A stretch of DNA of 64,000 nucleotides from Octopus sinensis. Lineage: Eukaryota. This document shows positions 11,919 through 25,805 of the stretch, one piece after another. Position 1 is the stretch's first letter. Each line of letters begins with the position of its first letter. The translations under genes were made by a program, and so were the position numbers. The stretch is taken from assembly GCF_006345805.1 (NCBI RefSeq), contig NC_043002.1, positions 7,440,001 through 7,504,000 on the forward strand, given 5' to 3'. Under the pieces are notes generated by a model. That model was not told where the DNA came from, did not search any database, and saw only the letters and a list, made by a program, of their open reading frames with translations.

Positions 11919-12009
11919 TTTTAGCTGATGAGTACGGGACACGTTTATATGCTGTAATTTTTACAACTTTTAATAAAGCCTGTCCTTGTATGAAACGATT
12001 GTACTAAAA
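11919..12009 (+). ncRNA. Type I hammerhead ribozyme with extended stem II
   Basis: ttttag-CTGATGA-gtacgggaca...tgtccttgtat-GAAAC-gatt-GTA-ctaaaa. Stem I ttttag/ctaaaa; stem II extended by tttat/ataaa and tgtaa/ttaca; 2-bp stem III; predicted cleavage after 12003. Confidence 0.75.
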
Positions 12010-12039
12010 ACCTATCCATTCTTGTTGCTTCTTTCTCGC

Positions 12040-12088
<49 letters not shown>

Positions 12089-12090
<2 letters not shown>

Positions 12091-12360
12091 CAGGGTGCGT
12101 AAGGAACTTGAGAACATACCTTGTTAAAACTGATCTTTCATGTAAATACATCCAAATATACGAATTCATAAAATATACATTTATAGATACAAAATGTGCA
12201 TTCATGAAGACGAATTTCTGAAAAGTACTCAATACGTGCTGTAGAGTTTATTTATTCGTTCAAAACAGAAAATTTGTTACATCGTTGCTCAGAGCTTACC
12301 GTCACGTAAGATTCATTGGGTTGTGACCTGAATATCTTTTGAAATCTGCAGGATTATTCT
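12089..12360. mobile_element. Possible Tc1/mariner-type MITE remnant
   Basis: Begins TA-CAGGGTG, a common Tc1/mariner TIR start; no matching right TIR seen. Confidence 0.3.
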
Positions 12361-12562
12361 GAGAATGAAGTCGATTTACGATGGAATGAATCAATCATTA
12401 GTTTCGAGCTAATACAACTACAGACACAAAAGCATAAGCACACGCACATACAGACACAAACACCTACACACATACACACACTCACGCATACACATACACA
12501 CACACACATATACACACATATATACAATTTTATATGCAATTTTGCCGTAAATAAGATAGTGA

Positions 12563-12932
12563 ATGGCTGTATGGTAAGTAGCTTGCTTACCAACCACATG
12601 GTTCCGGGTTCAGTCCCACTGCGTGGCACCTTGGGCAAGTGTCTTCTACTATAGCCTCGGGTCGACCAAAGCATTGTGAGTGGATTTGGTAGACGGAAAC
12701 TGGAGGAAGCCCGTCGTATATATGTATATATGTGTGTGTGTGTTTGTGTGTCTGTGTTTATCCCCCCAACATCGCTTGACAACTGGTGTGTTTACGTCTC
12801 CGTAACGTAGCGGCTCGGCAAAAGAGTCCGATAGAATAAGTACTAGGCTTACAAAGAATAAGTCCTGGGTGTCGATTTCCTCGGCTAAAGGCGGTGCTCC
12901 AGCATGGCTGCAGTCAAATGACTGAAACAAGT
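12563..12932 (+). mobile_element. tRNA-derived SINE family B (CORE-like)
   Basis: TGGCTGTATGGTAAG A-box-like head, GGGTTCAGTCCC B-box, GCACCTTGGGCAAGTG CORE-like motif, internal (TA)/(TG) tract, ACTGAAACAAGT tail. Confidence 0.85.
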
Positions 12933-13524
12933 GTAATAAATTTAATAGATATTATATGGCGGAGATTATCGGACTGAATGTAGAATGAAACATTTCCATT
13001 TCTAATATGTATATTTTTGCAATACGTATGTATATTGTCGCAGGATATATATATATATATATATATGTATATATCTGTGTGTGTACACACACACTCTCTC
13101 TCTTATGTGTGGATGCGTGGGTATTGTGTGGGCGCGTGTATTGAGATGAGTAGATATATAGAAATGTGAATATATTACATCTTGGAATCGCTTAATCGTT
13201 TCTGTATTTGTCGGAGTGTTTGGTGGTATCACACAACTATTATCAATTGCCGTGATGCATGGGATGATAGTCGTCATAGTAAAATCCCGGCTAGATTGAT
13301 ATATTGTCAACAGGGATTTGCTGGCCTCTGTTAATGGCATTTGTGTTAATATAGAGATGCTTTAGAAATATTAGGAGCAATGACTTATCAAAATCTGCAA
13401 TCAGTTTTCGACATCATCAACATTATCATGTTTAGTAACATCATAACAGAAGTGATGCCATTATGAAGAGCGACTTTATGTAATAGATGTGATACCAGTA
13501 GGAACTAAGAGATAAACATAAGTG

Positions 13525-14172
13525 CATACATACATACATACATACATACATACACGTACACATACATACATGCATGCATACATACATACATACATACATA
13601 TATACATACATACATACATATATACATACATACATACATACATATATATATATACTTAAATACATACTTGTACACATACATACATATATACATACATGCA
13701 CACATACATACATGTACACATACATATATGCATGCACACATACATACATACATACATACATATATACATACATACATATATACATACATGCATACATACA
13801 TATATACATACATACATGTACACGTACATATATACATACATGTACACATACATACATGCATACATACATACATGCATACATACATACATATGTATACACA
13901 ATACATACATACGTGCACAAACACACACACACACACAAATAAACTCACACGCACACACAAACACACGTGTATATATATATAGCTATATATTATATATAGA
14001 TACGTATACGCTTATTTACACAAACATATGTAAGTACATACATTCATGCATACATGAATACATACAAACATACATACATACATACACATACATACATGTA
14101 TATATACATACACGTACACATACATACATACATACATACATACATACATACATACATACATACATACATACA
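13525..14172. repeat. Degenerate (TACA)n/(CA)n microsatellite field
   Basis: Direct reading. Confidence 0.9.
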
Positions 14173-14329
14173 TGTGTGTATGTATTTTTCTTTGAGTTAC
14201 ATGTAAGTTCTAAGGGAGTTCGAGCCGGTGGCTAACAAAGCGGCATGACTTTTCCAGTTAAGAGAGTTCCAGGTGTTTGTCTATGTGTGATTGGTTGAGC
14301 TGTTGATGCATTCACCTAAGTGAGTGCAC

Positions 14330-15510
14330 CTATTTATCGAAAGAATCTGAGATGGGGAATCCTTGGAATGTGTTACAAATCTCCACTTTGTCACGTGTTT
14401 GGATTTCGAGAATGGGCATCAGTTTCTTTTGCTCTGCCCTCGAAAAATTTAATGCCTCTAGATTTTTGTGTAAATTTGTAGGTGCATTAAGTTATGCTTA
14501 GGCGCATAACTTAATGCTCCTATGATAATAGGTACAATGAGATTTGTAGTCGGTGTGCAAGGGCTGTAAGTTCCATATATATTCACCATAAATGTTCTCT
14601 TTTTCCTGAATTGTATCTTGTACATTCCCATCTGCAGTGGAGCTGATCTCTACAACAATGCATAATTATTGTTCCCTGTACCACAGAACAATATCAGGTC
14701 TCTTAGGTTTGCACTGAATTGCTGTTTTTATTGGAGAGTTCTACCAGTAATCCTTACTTTTAAAGGTGTTAATTCAAGCTGGTTCAGATATGCCTTTGAT
14801 GTATACACCTGGACAATCCTTCCTACGGATAGCATTGTAAAAAGTCTTTGCAATTATATCATGCCGTAGAGGCAGGTGGAATCTAGTAGGCATTTTAGGT
14901 CAACTATTAATGATGTGAGTGATATTTTCCACACTGGTATAATAGAGCCGACATGTTCTATCACTATGTGGAGGTTTGATGGTACCTTTGTCTCTCTTGT
15001 TCATCAGGTATTTAGTCTCTATCTCCTGTTTCTGGATATCAAGGTAGAGTACCTCCTTAGTAGTTCTTTTCCAATTCTGAAATGTTTATTTATTTACTTT
15101 TCAGTATGTTTTGTCAGAGTGAAACAATACGACATTCAAAGGTTGTTTGGGCTGACCTCACGTCTCAAAGGCCATCAGTTCGACTCACATAAATACTACC
15201 AGTGTCGCTGTTAATGTGAAAGGTGCCAGTGGTAGTGAGTGCCTTTCTAGTTTTGATGCCCAGGCTACGGATCTCGACAAGCGTCCAGTCCAATATCTCA
15301 AATTTTGGTACCTGCACTTGCACTACAAAACTATTGTTAAATGCAGACAGCTCTGAGTTCCATTTTTTCCCAGCATCTACTGTTATTCTGAGTTTAGACA
15401 CAGCACCAATTTATGCAACATTCTCATCGATTCCGAAATACTTAAATTTTTCATCATTAAAGATAGGAGAAATAGACAAGCCGTTGATATACATGTCTCC
15501 GTCTGGTTGA
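14330..15510 (-). pseudogene. Decayed R4/Dong-like non-LTR retrotransposon 3' part (RT thumb to restriction-like endonuclease)
   Basis: Minus-strand translation FKYFGIDEN...WNSELSAFN...ILDWTLVEIRSLGIKTRKALTTTGTFHINSD...IYVSR, then KRPDIVLWYREQ*LCIVVEISSTADGNV...KENIY (PD..E.S..D RLE motif); stops and frameshifts present. Confidence 0.75.
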
Positions 15511-15513
15511 CAA

Positions 15514-15707
15514 TATGTATGTATGCATGTATGTATGTATGTATGTATGTATGTATGTATGTATGTATGTATGTATGTATGTATGTATGTATGTATGTAT
15601 GTATGTATGTATGTATGTATGTATGTATGTATGTGTGTGTGTATGTATGTATGTATGTATGTATGTATGTATGTATGCATGTATGCATGTATGTATGTAT
15701 GTATGTA
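15514..15707. repeat. (TATG)n microsatellite
   Basis: Direct reading. Confidence 0.95.
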
Positions 15708-17389
15708 TTAGTAGGATATTTGGTGTCCCCTGAGTAATAGGTGATTCATGTAGCGAATTTTTTGAAAAGGAATCGTGATAATTGGGCCTAAGTGTATTAT
15801 TTGAAACACAAAGCATATTTTCCGTGTAAAACAGATACACGATTCGAAAAATTACCCCTGGTAAAATATAAACAATTTTCAATAAAGATTTTCATAAAAA
15901 AACTACGTTCTTAATTCACCCACTTTGAATATTGACATAAAGATTGTTATGGTTTGCAGTAGGTTTGAGTTTTCCATGAAAGAAACGAGGTTGTTTACAA
16001 CGGCGGTTCAATCATCTTCGATGTCTAATCTTTCGGAGTATTGATGGCCAGTGCGAAGCTAAACCTGTGGAAATTTGGAGTCACTAGCCTAATCAGTAAG
16101 AATGTATTCTTACGATAAATATATGTTCTCCTTTCCTAGGGGTTATAAGTGTTATTAATAACCGCTTGAATTGGATCAGGAAAAGTATAACTATTACTTG
16201 GTTGCTTACATTGACAGTATTGTTCTTTGTGGTTAATATTTCTCTTTATACGATCACCTGTGGTTTTGGTAGTTTTCACTAATATTTTTCAAAGACTTCT
16301 TTCAGTCCTTCAGTAAGAAGATGATACTGTTACAGACTGTTCCTATGTCCATGCTGTCCCGTAAATCTGGTTGAACAGTTCTCCATTACCGGGTTATAGT
16401 AACTTGTTTGCGAATTGGTCCGATAATTGGTCCCCAGATCTATTTGACTGGAGGGGATTTTTGTTTTTGCACAATTGAGAATGAGTACAAGAGGAAGGCC
16501 TCTTTTATCACTCAGCAGTGCACATGTTACATGTCGTAGTACCTTAGATGTCATACTTCGTTATGAATACTTCATTTTGAAGCACTCGTCGAAAATTTAC
16601 GACCAACAAATCCTCAATTCACTTATGACATCGACGGATGCGTTGCTGCAGCATCTGCTCAAACTATCTGCGCCGTGTATTCTTCGCCAATAGTCTACAT
16701 AATTCGTCACCAGATTTAACAGCAGCCCCTGGGCCTTGGCTGCCTTTATGAGAGTCGACTTTGCTGTAGGAAATCCAACCAAGTCCACAACCTTAAGATA
16801 ACTTCCTCCCTTCGTCCAGCAGTTCTGGAGATACTAATTGAATAAGGGTCCATGGGTAGTACCCTTCCCTTCCTTGACTAAACACTAAAAATAAATCATC
16901 ACACACATATGCGCACGAACGCACACACACATACACACACATACACACACACATAGACATGCATATTTAGTCGCCAACTGCAACATGATATCTCTCCTTT
17001 CACTTATCGAACTCTTTATAATAATCAATCAATCGTTAACGCTTCATCAACACTCATACTACGCACGTGCATATACACTCATACTCTCACTCACAACACC
17101 CCTACACATACATACACATAATGCTTAAAGTCAAATTAACTAGACTAAATCGAAAGATGCACAGTGTTCCTCCTACCACGCATTATATATTACGTCCCCC
17201 TGTCCACCCCTCTCTCCCTCTCTCTCACATTTTCTCTCCCCCTCTGTCTCTGTCTCTCTCTCTCTCTGTCTCTCTCTCTCTCTCTGTCTCTCTCTCTATA
17301 TATATACATACATATATATATATATATATATACATATATATATACATATACATATATATATATACATATATATACATATATATATACAT

Positions 17390-17468
<79 letters not shown>

Positions 17469-18197
17469 TGTTTCTGTCTCTATGTATACACACACACACA
17501 CATATATATGTCTGTTCCTCTCTCTCTCTCTTTCTCCCTCCCTCTCTATTTATCTATTCCTTTATCTATATGTCTGTCTGTCTGTCTGTCTATCTAACTC
17601 TCCATCCATCTAATTCTAGTGTATATCCTTCATGCCTTTCTTTAAATTTCTTCCTTCCTTCTATTCATTCATTCATTCTGTACTTTTTCATTTAATATCA
17701 ACTTTTGTCCTTAAACAAATTAATCATTTCTTGAATGACTGAATGAACGAATGAATGAATGAATGAATAAAGGACTAAAAGAATAAAAGAATGAAAGAAT
17801 GAAAAGAGAAGTTATGATAATAAAGAACGACAAATTCAAACCACATAATCAAGACATCATTTATTAAGAGTTACTCTATTGCCAATTCATCAAGTGAACC
17901 TTTCATATTTGCATACAACATAACCAATATATCTCCAAGAAAGACAATGGTGTCTTCAGAGGTGGCGGGGATGGACCGGCATGGTCTGAGGGAAGTGGTC
18001 GGAGGTATTAATGGGGAGTCGTGGTGGTGGTGGTGGTGGTGTTTTTTTCTATTTTACATCGTGGGTGGGTTGTTCTGGGTGGTGTTAGGTTTTGTAGTCG
18101 TTGGGACTGAATTGGTGGTTTTGCTGGGTGGGGATGAGAGGTTATGCTTGTTGTTTGTGATGGTGGGGATGTTGGTAGATGGTATTGGATGGACAGA

Positions 18198-18428
18198 GGC
18201 GGCGAGCTGGCAGAAACGTTAGCACGCCGGGCGAAATGCGTAGCCGTATTTCGTCTGCCGTTACGTTCTGAGTTCAAACTTCGCCAAGGTCGACTTTACC
18301 TTTCATCCTTTCGGGGTCGATAAATCAAGTACCAGTTACGCACTGGGGTCGATGTAATCGACTAAATCCGTTTGTCTGTCCTTGTTTGTCTCCTCTGTGT
18401 TTGGCCCCTTGTGGGTAGTAAAGAAATA
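18198..18428 (+). mobile_element. SINE family A, full length
   Basis: Same consensus as 1128; TSD ggtattggatggac at 18181-18194 and 18429-18442. Confidence 0.9.
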
Positions 18429-20276
18429 GGTATTGGATGGACGGAAATGATGGTGATGGTGGTGCTGGTGGCGATGGAGTCGGTGCAGGGTTTCGAAGAT
18501 GGTGGTGATGATGTTGATGACTGTGAAAATGGCGCTGATAGTTGTTGTTGAAGTGGTCGTAGCTGTAGTTGTGCTTGAAATGGTTGTGGGGGGCGGGTAA
18601 GAAGGAACGAATGCTCTGAGATGGTGAGGTAATGTTGCTGGAAGCGATGATGGTAGTGATAGCGACGGTTTTGAAGGTGGAGATGGTGGTGAGTGGTCAG
18701 CGGTGGCCTGGGGTGGGGGGTCGATGGTTATGGCGGGTAGATGTAGACGGAAGCAGTGATGATGGTGGTAATGATGGTTGATGGTAATGCTCGTTGTCGT
18801 CGTCGTCGTCATTGTCATCGTCGTAGTGATGGGTCGTAGGAAATTCGGAATCAGCAACGAAGAAGCTTTTCCAATATTCCAACATCTCAATTCCGCCACC
18901 GCCAGCGTTACAGCCACCGATACCACGATCTCCACTACCACCACCACCACCACTACCACCACCACCACCAACACCACCACCAATACCAACACCAACACCA
19001 TTGCACTTACTGTCGATGCTAACGCAGCGTCCACACGGCGTGGTTGTTTAAATTTCACTGGCTTCAAAATTGGCTTAAATCAATATCACACAATTAGAAA
19101 ACTACCATTACTGCTAGCACTCCCTCTGGTTCATATCCCAGTCCACCACCACAACCACCACCAGCACCGCAGCAACCACCACCACCATGACCACAGTTAC
19201 TACTAACACTATCATTACTATCATATATAAGAAACAAAGTTATCATCACATCAACCACCTTTAACAACCATTCTAGTTAGCTGTACTAGATGTCCTCTAT
19301 TCTTATTACCGTGTGTGTGTGCATGAATGCGCGCGTGTGTATGTATGTGCGGGAATGTGTGTATGTGTGCATGCATGTGTGCGAGTGTACGTATTCGCTG
19401 AGCCAACGATAGAATATCTACGTTGTCACCCGGTCTGCTAGATGTAGCAGTTAAAATGTCACTCAAATCACACCTTTTCAAGCTTACAAAAAGGGACATA
19501 TCGGCCAATGTGGTCTAGGGTTCTCTGTGCGTAGGAAAAATGATGAGGATGTTGCGGCTGAGAATGAGGATGCCATATTTGTTCATAGCTTTGCACTATT
19601 AAATCTTCCTCGAGGCTAACTCACACAAGGCTATGACCCACCATATTAATGTCATTATGTCACCTATCGTTACGTCACCACGCACACAATAAGCACTAAC
19701 GCCACCACACCACCAGCACCACCATCAAAGCCAGTAACTATATTGCTATCTTTATTAGCTGAATTTTAAAATTGCTAAATAACAGCAAGGAGAACGTCAG
19801 CCAGTGAAGGAATTTCTACGTGGTTATGCAACCAGCGAGAAATACCAGCTAAATCTCTATCAAATGACACACCACAGTCACTGAAAATTATACACAGAAT
19901 AATATCATATGGAGTAGACTATTTCTGATTAAAAACAGCATTGACAGAGATGCGTTTTATCATGTCTATGTGTCTTCTCTATCAGTGCTGTTTGGAAACT
20001 AAACAATAATACTTACAGGGATACGCTCTGCTGCCTCAATGTATGCCATGACGGCCACGACTATTCATTACGGTAACCACAAATACCAAAGTCTTCTCCC
20101 AATGTTCAATTCAATATATAACATTTAATGTTCGAACGAATGATGTAAGCGTCACAAAACATATTTTTTAGGTCAAACTACAACCATTCTTTCCTGTAGA
20201 ATAACAATGCTTTTGCATCAAGTAGGCTTACAATACATTAACGAATCGCAATATAACCATGAGCAACAACAACAGT

Positions 20277-20630
20277 GGGGGCGCAATGACCCAATGGTTA
20301 GGGCAGCGGACTTGCGGTCGGAGGATCGCGGTTTCGATTCCCAGACCGGACGTTGTGTGTGTTTATTGAACGAAAACACCTACAGCTCTACGAGGCTCTG
20401 GCAGGGGGTGGTGGTGACTCCTGTTGTACTCTTTCGCTCCAACTTTCTCTCACTCTTTCTTCCTGTTTCTTGTCCCCGACTTCCTACGCGACCGCTGAGC
20501 ATGGATGCGCATTCATCCATCCATCGATGCTCTCGGTGTCGAGGTTGACCTGCTTTCTCTTCTGCGGGTCTTACGAATAGCAAAGGACCACGTTTCGGAC
20601 TTCTCCCACGAAGACCGCTTCGATCAACAA
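20277..20630 (+). mobile_element. tRNA-derived SINE family C
   Basis: GGCGCAATGACCCAATGGTTAGGGCAGCGGAC...GGTTTCGATTCCC tRNA-like head; highly similar to 55106-55469. Confidence 0.85.
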
Positions 20631-21357
20631 ACCAACAAATAAACGAACAACATCAACAACAAGACACTCAAGAAATATATATACTGTAGAATATAAACTT
20701 TTCCTGCTAAGATAAAATTTGACTTACATCTTTCTGAACGACGATGAAATATGTAACAATCATATTTTAAGAATCGCTGCAGCCGATTATACTTCTTACA
20801 TAAAAAGAAGAAACCACTGGTTTCTTACATTAACAAGATACAGTTCTAATGATATTCAAGCGAAATGAGATAATTCAGAATCGAAACTAGATCGCATGAC
20901 CAACTCATCTCTAGAGTTTGTGGCAAAGATTAGACTTGTAACTGAAATATAGACATGCAGATGTGGTTCCGTGTTTTTCTTATATTCACGTTGATTTTTT
21001 CCCCCCGTTCTATTTTTGTCCTTAAAACCCTTCCGCAACCATGACCACCACTATAACCTGTACAACTGTCTGATATCTGGATATGTCGCACTTTTTTTTT
21101 TTTTTCTAGAATCTCTTGCATCAATATTAATGGGAATCTAGAAAGTTCCTCCAACTAGTTTCCGCTTATGAATTATGGTTGTGAAAGAGAAAATTAAAGT
21201 CTTCGTTATTAAGCTTTCTTGAAAGACATCTTGCGTGGTTTATTAGATATCATCGTGAGATATTACACTAATATTACATATATCATGATGTATTGATACC
21301 AAATGTCATATACTCGTACATACAATACGAGAAATAATATTGTACTGGAGGGTGAGA

Positions 21358-21417
<60 letters not shown>

Positions 21418-21497
21418 CATTATTATTATTATTATTATTTATGATAATAATATTATTATTGTTGTTGTTGATAATAATAAAAATAATAATAACGATA

Positions 21498-21551
<54 letters not shown>

Positions 21552-21641
21552 CAATAGGCTAAAGCAAAGCTCATTCTATGAAATACAGGAAGTATATATC
21601 ATTCTCATCGTCATCGTTATCATCATCATCATCAGCATCAG

Positions 21642-21676
<35 letters not shown>

Positions 21677-21716
21677 CCAGCATCACCATCACCATCATCA
21701 ATGACATCATTATTAA

Positions 21717-22872
21717 GGCGACGAGCTCGCAGAATCGTTAGCGCGTCGGACAAAATGCTTAGCGGCATTTCTTTCGAGTCTTTGAAATTCCGCCGAGATC
21801 AAACTTTGCTTGTCATCCTTTTAGGGTCGATAAAATAAGTACTAATTAGTGGGGGGGGGTGCTCAATCTAATCGACTTAGTCACTTTCCCCCAAATTTCA
21901 AGTCTTCTGCCTGTAGTAGAAAAGATTATTAAGTTGGTGAGCTGGTGGAATCGTTAGCGCGTCGGACAAAATGCTTAACTACATTTTATGTTTTCATTTC
22001 AAATCCCATTGAAGGCAACTCTACTTTTTATTCTTTCTAGTTCGATAGAATTAAGTATCAGCCTCAGAACTGGGGTCGATGTAATCGACTAAACGCCTAC
22101 TTCTAAGAATGCTGGCTTTGTGCCAAAATTAGAAACAATTATTATTGTTATTATTATTATATCATCATCATCATTATCATTGTCATTATTGAGCTGGCAG
22201 AATCGGAGCACGCCGAGCAAAATGCTTAGCGGCATTTTGTTTGTCTTTATGTTCTAAGTTCAAATTCCGCCGAGGTCGACTTTGCTTTTCATCCTTTCGG
22301 GGTCAATAAATTAAGTACCAGTTGTGTACTGGGGACCCTCTAAATGACTGGTCCCTTCCCCCAAAATTTCGGGCCTTGTGCCTAGAGTAGAAAATATTAT
22401 TAAGTTGGTGAGCTGGTGGAATCGTTAGCGCGTCGGACAAAATGCTTAACTACATTTTATGTTTTCATTTCAAATCCCATTGAAGGCAACTCTACTTTTT
22501 ATTCTTTCTAGTTCGATAGAATTAAGTATCAGCCTCAGAACTGGGGTCGATGTAATCGACTAAACGCCTACTTCTAAGAATGCTGGCTTTGTGCCAAAAT
22601 TAGAAACAATTATTATTGTTATTATTATTATTATCATCATCATCATTATCATTGTCATTATTGAGCTGGCAGAATCGGGAGCACGCCGAGCAAAATGCTT
22701 AGCGGCATTTTGTTTGTCTTTATGTTCTAAGTTCAAATTCCGCCGAGGTCGACTTTGCTTTTCATCCTTTCGGGGTCAATAAATTAAGTACCAGTTGTGT
22801 ACTGGGGACCCTCTAAATGACTGGTCCCTTCCCCCAAAATTTCGGGCCTTGTGCCTAGAGTAGAAAATATTA

Positions 22873-22919
<47 letters not shown>

Positions 22920-23110
22920 GAGCTGACAGAATCGTTGGCACGCCGAGCCATATGCTCAGAAGCATTTTCTCTGTTTTTATGTTCTGAGTTCAAATTCCGC
23001 CGAGGTCGACTTTGCCTTTCATCCTTTCGGGGTCGATGAAATAAGTACCACATGAACACCGGGGCCGACTTACCCACTTTGCTGAAATTACTGACTTTGT
23101 GTCAAAATAT
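21717..23110 (+). mobile_element. Cluster of six diverged family A-related SINEs including a 471-bp tandem duplication
   Basis: Heads near 21717, 21931, 22190, 22402, 22662 and 22920; 21925-22400 is repeated almost identically at 22396-22871. Confidence 0.85.
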
Positions 23111-24378
23111 AGCAGATTAGGCAACACTGTGTTATATGCTGCATTGATGGTTTTAAAGACAATTTTGGGATCTAATTGTCTTAAAACCTTCAAAGATTTT
23201 ATTTAACATTCAGTGTTGCATAACTGCTGCTAGTGTAGATTATCTACTATTCTCTAATACATTAGTTTTTAATATTTCATTTTATATGAATTCTATTGAT
23301 ACATGATTTTTAGGAAAAAATCTAAAAAATAAGTAAAGTTTATTAAATTATTTGTTTTTTTTAATAAAAATGGGTGAGGGAAAACTTTCCAGCTTAACAT
23401 CGCGTATATACATACATATAGACACTCCTAATTTTAATCTTGATTTTGGCATAAAAATGCTTATTATTCATGAAGTTTTGCGGTAATTTAAGTAGTGTAC
23501 AGAATATTCAAGGCCACTAAAATATCTCCGGCTGCAAAGATTTTCTTATGGCTCAGAGCAGTTGTAGGAGTTTTAGTAAAAATGTGTTGCAGTATTTAAC
23601 ATCTAAAACAATCGAGTCTAACAAAGACATACGAATGTAAAGACAGCTATGAGTTGATGTAAGTTGGTATACCGTAGGGCAAAGAGGGTACTGACGATCT
23701 GACGACTTACCCTTTGTCACAGAGACAACAATTGGAAATCACAGATTCCTATTACTCCAGGACATCCATACATACACAAACTCATGAATGTACGCTATTT
23801 AGTCATGTTCCTTTGCGTTCTGAGTTCAAATTTGATAGATTTGTATAGTGAAAGCTGTACGAAGAAATTATTCGTTGTTGTTACTAAAATTAAGGGAGCT
23901 CTGATCGAGCAAACCATTAATCAAACGTATTCCATCCATGACCATCCCATTCTGTCTTATGTGCAAGAAACCTAGTACCACATTATTCAACCAAACCTTT
24001 TTTTTTCTAATAATAAGGCTACGTGCTTCACAACATTGAATTACCTAGAGGTTGGGGTTTTGAGTTCACGGGCCGGGCAGTGCAGTGTCTTTCAGCAAGT
24101 TGCTGCATTTCAGAGATATGTTTACTTTGCAAAAACTGGATCTCTTTGTCATTTTTGTTTAAAAGCCGCTGTAACCTGAATAAGTACCGGCCTAACGGGC
24201 AAGTGGAATCAGATCAAACTTTAACTTGAGCCTTTCTGAGACGGTAGGGCGTGATATGAGGGAGGTTACAACATTATGTCAAGTCGAACACGCAGAGGCT
24301 ACTTCGTTTGCTCGTTGCAGAAATGGAATGGGGATGGCGATGAAGAAACAGAAATGGTAAAGCACCAGTCTAAATACC

Positions 24379-24609
24379 AATTTCTTTATTACCCACAAGG
24401 AGCTAAACATAGAGGGAACAAACAAGGACAGGCATAGGTATTAAGTTGATCACATCGACCCCAGTACGTAACTGGTACTTAATTTATCGACCCCGAAAGG
24501 ATGAAAGGCAAAGTCGACCTTGGCGGAATTTGAACTCAGAACGTAACGGCAGACGAAATACGGCTACGCATTTCGCCCGACGTGCTAACGTTTCTGCCAG
24601 CTCGCCGCC
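24379..24609 (-). mobile_element. SINE family A, full length
   Basis: TSD agtctaaatacc at 24367-24378 and 24610-24621. Confidence 0.9.
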
Positions 24610-25667
24610 AGTCTAAATACCTTACAGCATTTTAAAAATATTATTTTTCTATATCCGTTCAAAGTTAAAATTTCGGAATGGCTAACTTTTAAAACTTTCA
24701 GTCCTTCCTTACTGAGACGATAAAATTATTATGAGTCATATACGGGTCTCGATCCAATCAACAACTGGACATTCGCTATATATTTCACAGAAAGAAACCA
24801 ACATCATCACCGATAAGTGTCATGGTTCCATTAGCTGCCGTCAAGCTGAGAACGTGACGTGGTTTCGATCCCGTTTCACTTTACTTGCCCCCACTAAATA
24901 ACTCTTAGTAAAGGTTAATAATCTTTTCTCCTAAAAACATAGCGCCTTTGAGGCTCGTCAAATGAATAAGAAGACGAAGGAAATCGATATTAATCTTATA
25001 TTGTTCTGAATATTTCTATATCCGATGAAATCATCATAGCAGAAACAACCGAAGATGCCATCAGCATCTCTTAGAAAGAAGAAACGTGAGAGAAATCACT
25101 ACGATGCTTTCCTACCTCTTTCCATTTTATGAACCTTGAGTTCTCTGACTTATGAACCAATACTAACTAAAAGACCTACCCATGATTTAAACAAAAAAAA
25201 AATAATAAATAAATAAATAAGAGATAATAAATAAATGAAACAAAGCCGCAACAACAAGAAACAAAAAGAAGGCAAAGGAAAAGAATACCACAGGATGTGA
25301 AATGGTATAATATGATTATGGTAAAATCGGAACATCAGAGCCATCAGAAATATATTGCTATAACTTGTTTGTAAAATACAGTTATATTCCATTAGTATTT
25401 ATGACTTCCAATTTCTTTTATGGAATCCTTATAAAACTAATCGTTTCTTTTTCTTTATCTCTTTCTCTCTCTCTCTTTTATTTTTGTTTTTGTTTTTGTT
25501 TTTATTTTTGTTTGTCTCTTGCTAAATGCGTAGGTTGCAAAGGTCAGTTTTATAAAAGCAATCTAAATGTGCAGGCTCTTTGTGATTTTTGTCTTAGGGT
25601 CACGTATACGACTTGGTCAGAAAGTCTTTACGTTTGACTACAACAGTTGTTGGATATATATATATTC

Positions 25668-25698
<31 letters not shown>

Positions 25699-25702
25699 TA
25701 TA

Positions 25703-25744
<42 letters not shown>

Positions 25745-25773
25745 ATATATAAATATATGTATATTATATATTA

Positions 25774-25805
<32 letters not shown>

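Larger units (their letters stand above)
11116..12039 (-). mobile_element. 5'-truncated PLE-like element with inverted pseudo-LTR
   Basis: Minus-strand copy 11116-11686 is preceded by an inverted copy (11687-12039) lacking the last ~120 nt. Both copies carry an HHR; (TA)n on both flanks. Confidence 0.7.
11235..12039. repeat. Long inverted repeat: 353-bp arms, 99-bp spacer
   Basis: Arms 11235-11587 and 11687-12039; only one mismatch seen (mirrored ORFs 11267..11449- and 11825..12007+ differ by K/R). Confidence 0.95.

Noticed and set aside
11267-12007. Two nearly identical 60-aa ORFs on opposite strands
   Set aside because: A by-product of the inverted repeat; they overlap the hammerhead and show no protein motif.
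20277-20350. tRNA-like sequences at SINE heads (also 55106, 36480-36549)
   Set aside because: They continue into SINE bodies with tails or TSDs and lack a proper cloverleaf; not tRNA genes.
23676-23720. Two CTGACGA motifs inside a hairpin
   Set aside because: No correctly placed stem II, GAAA or cleavage triplet.
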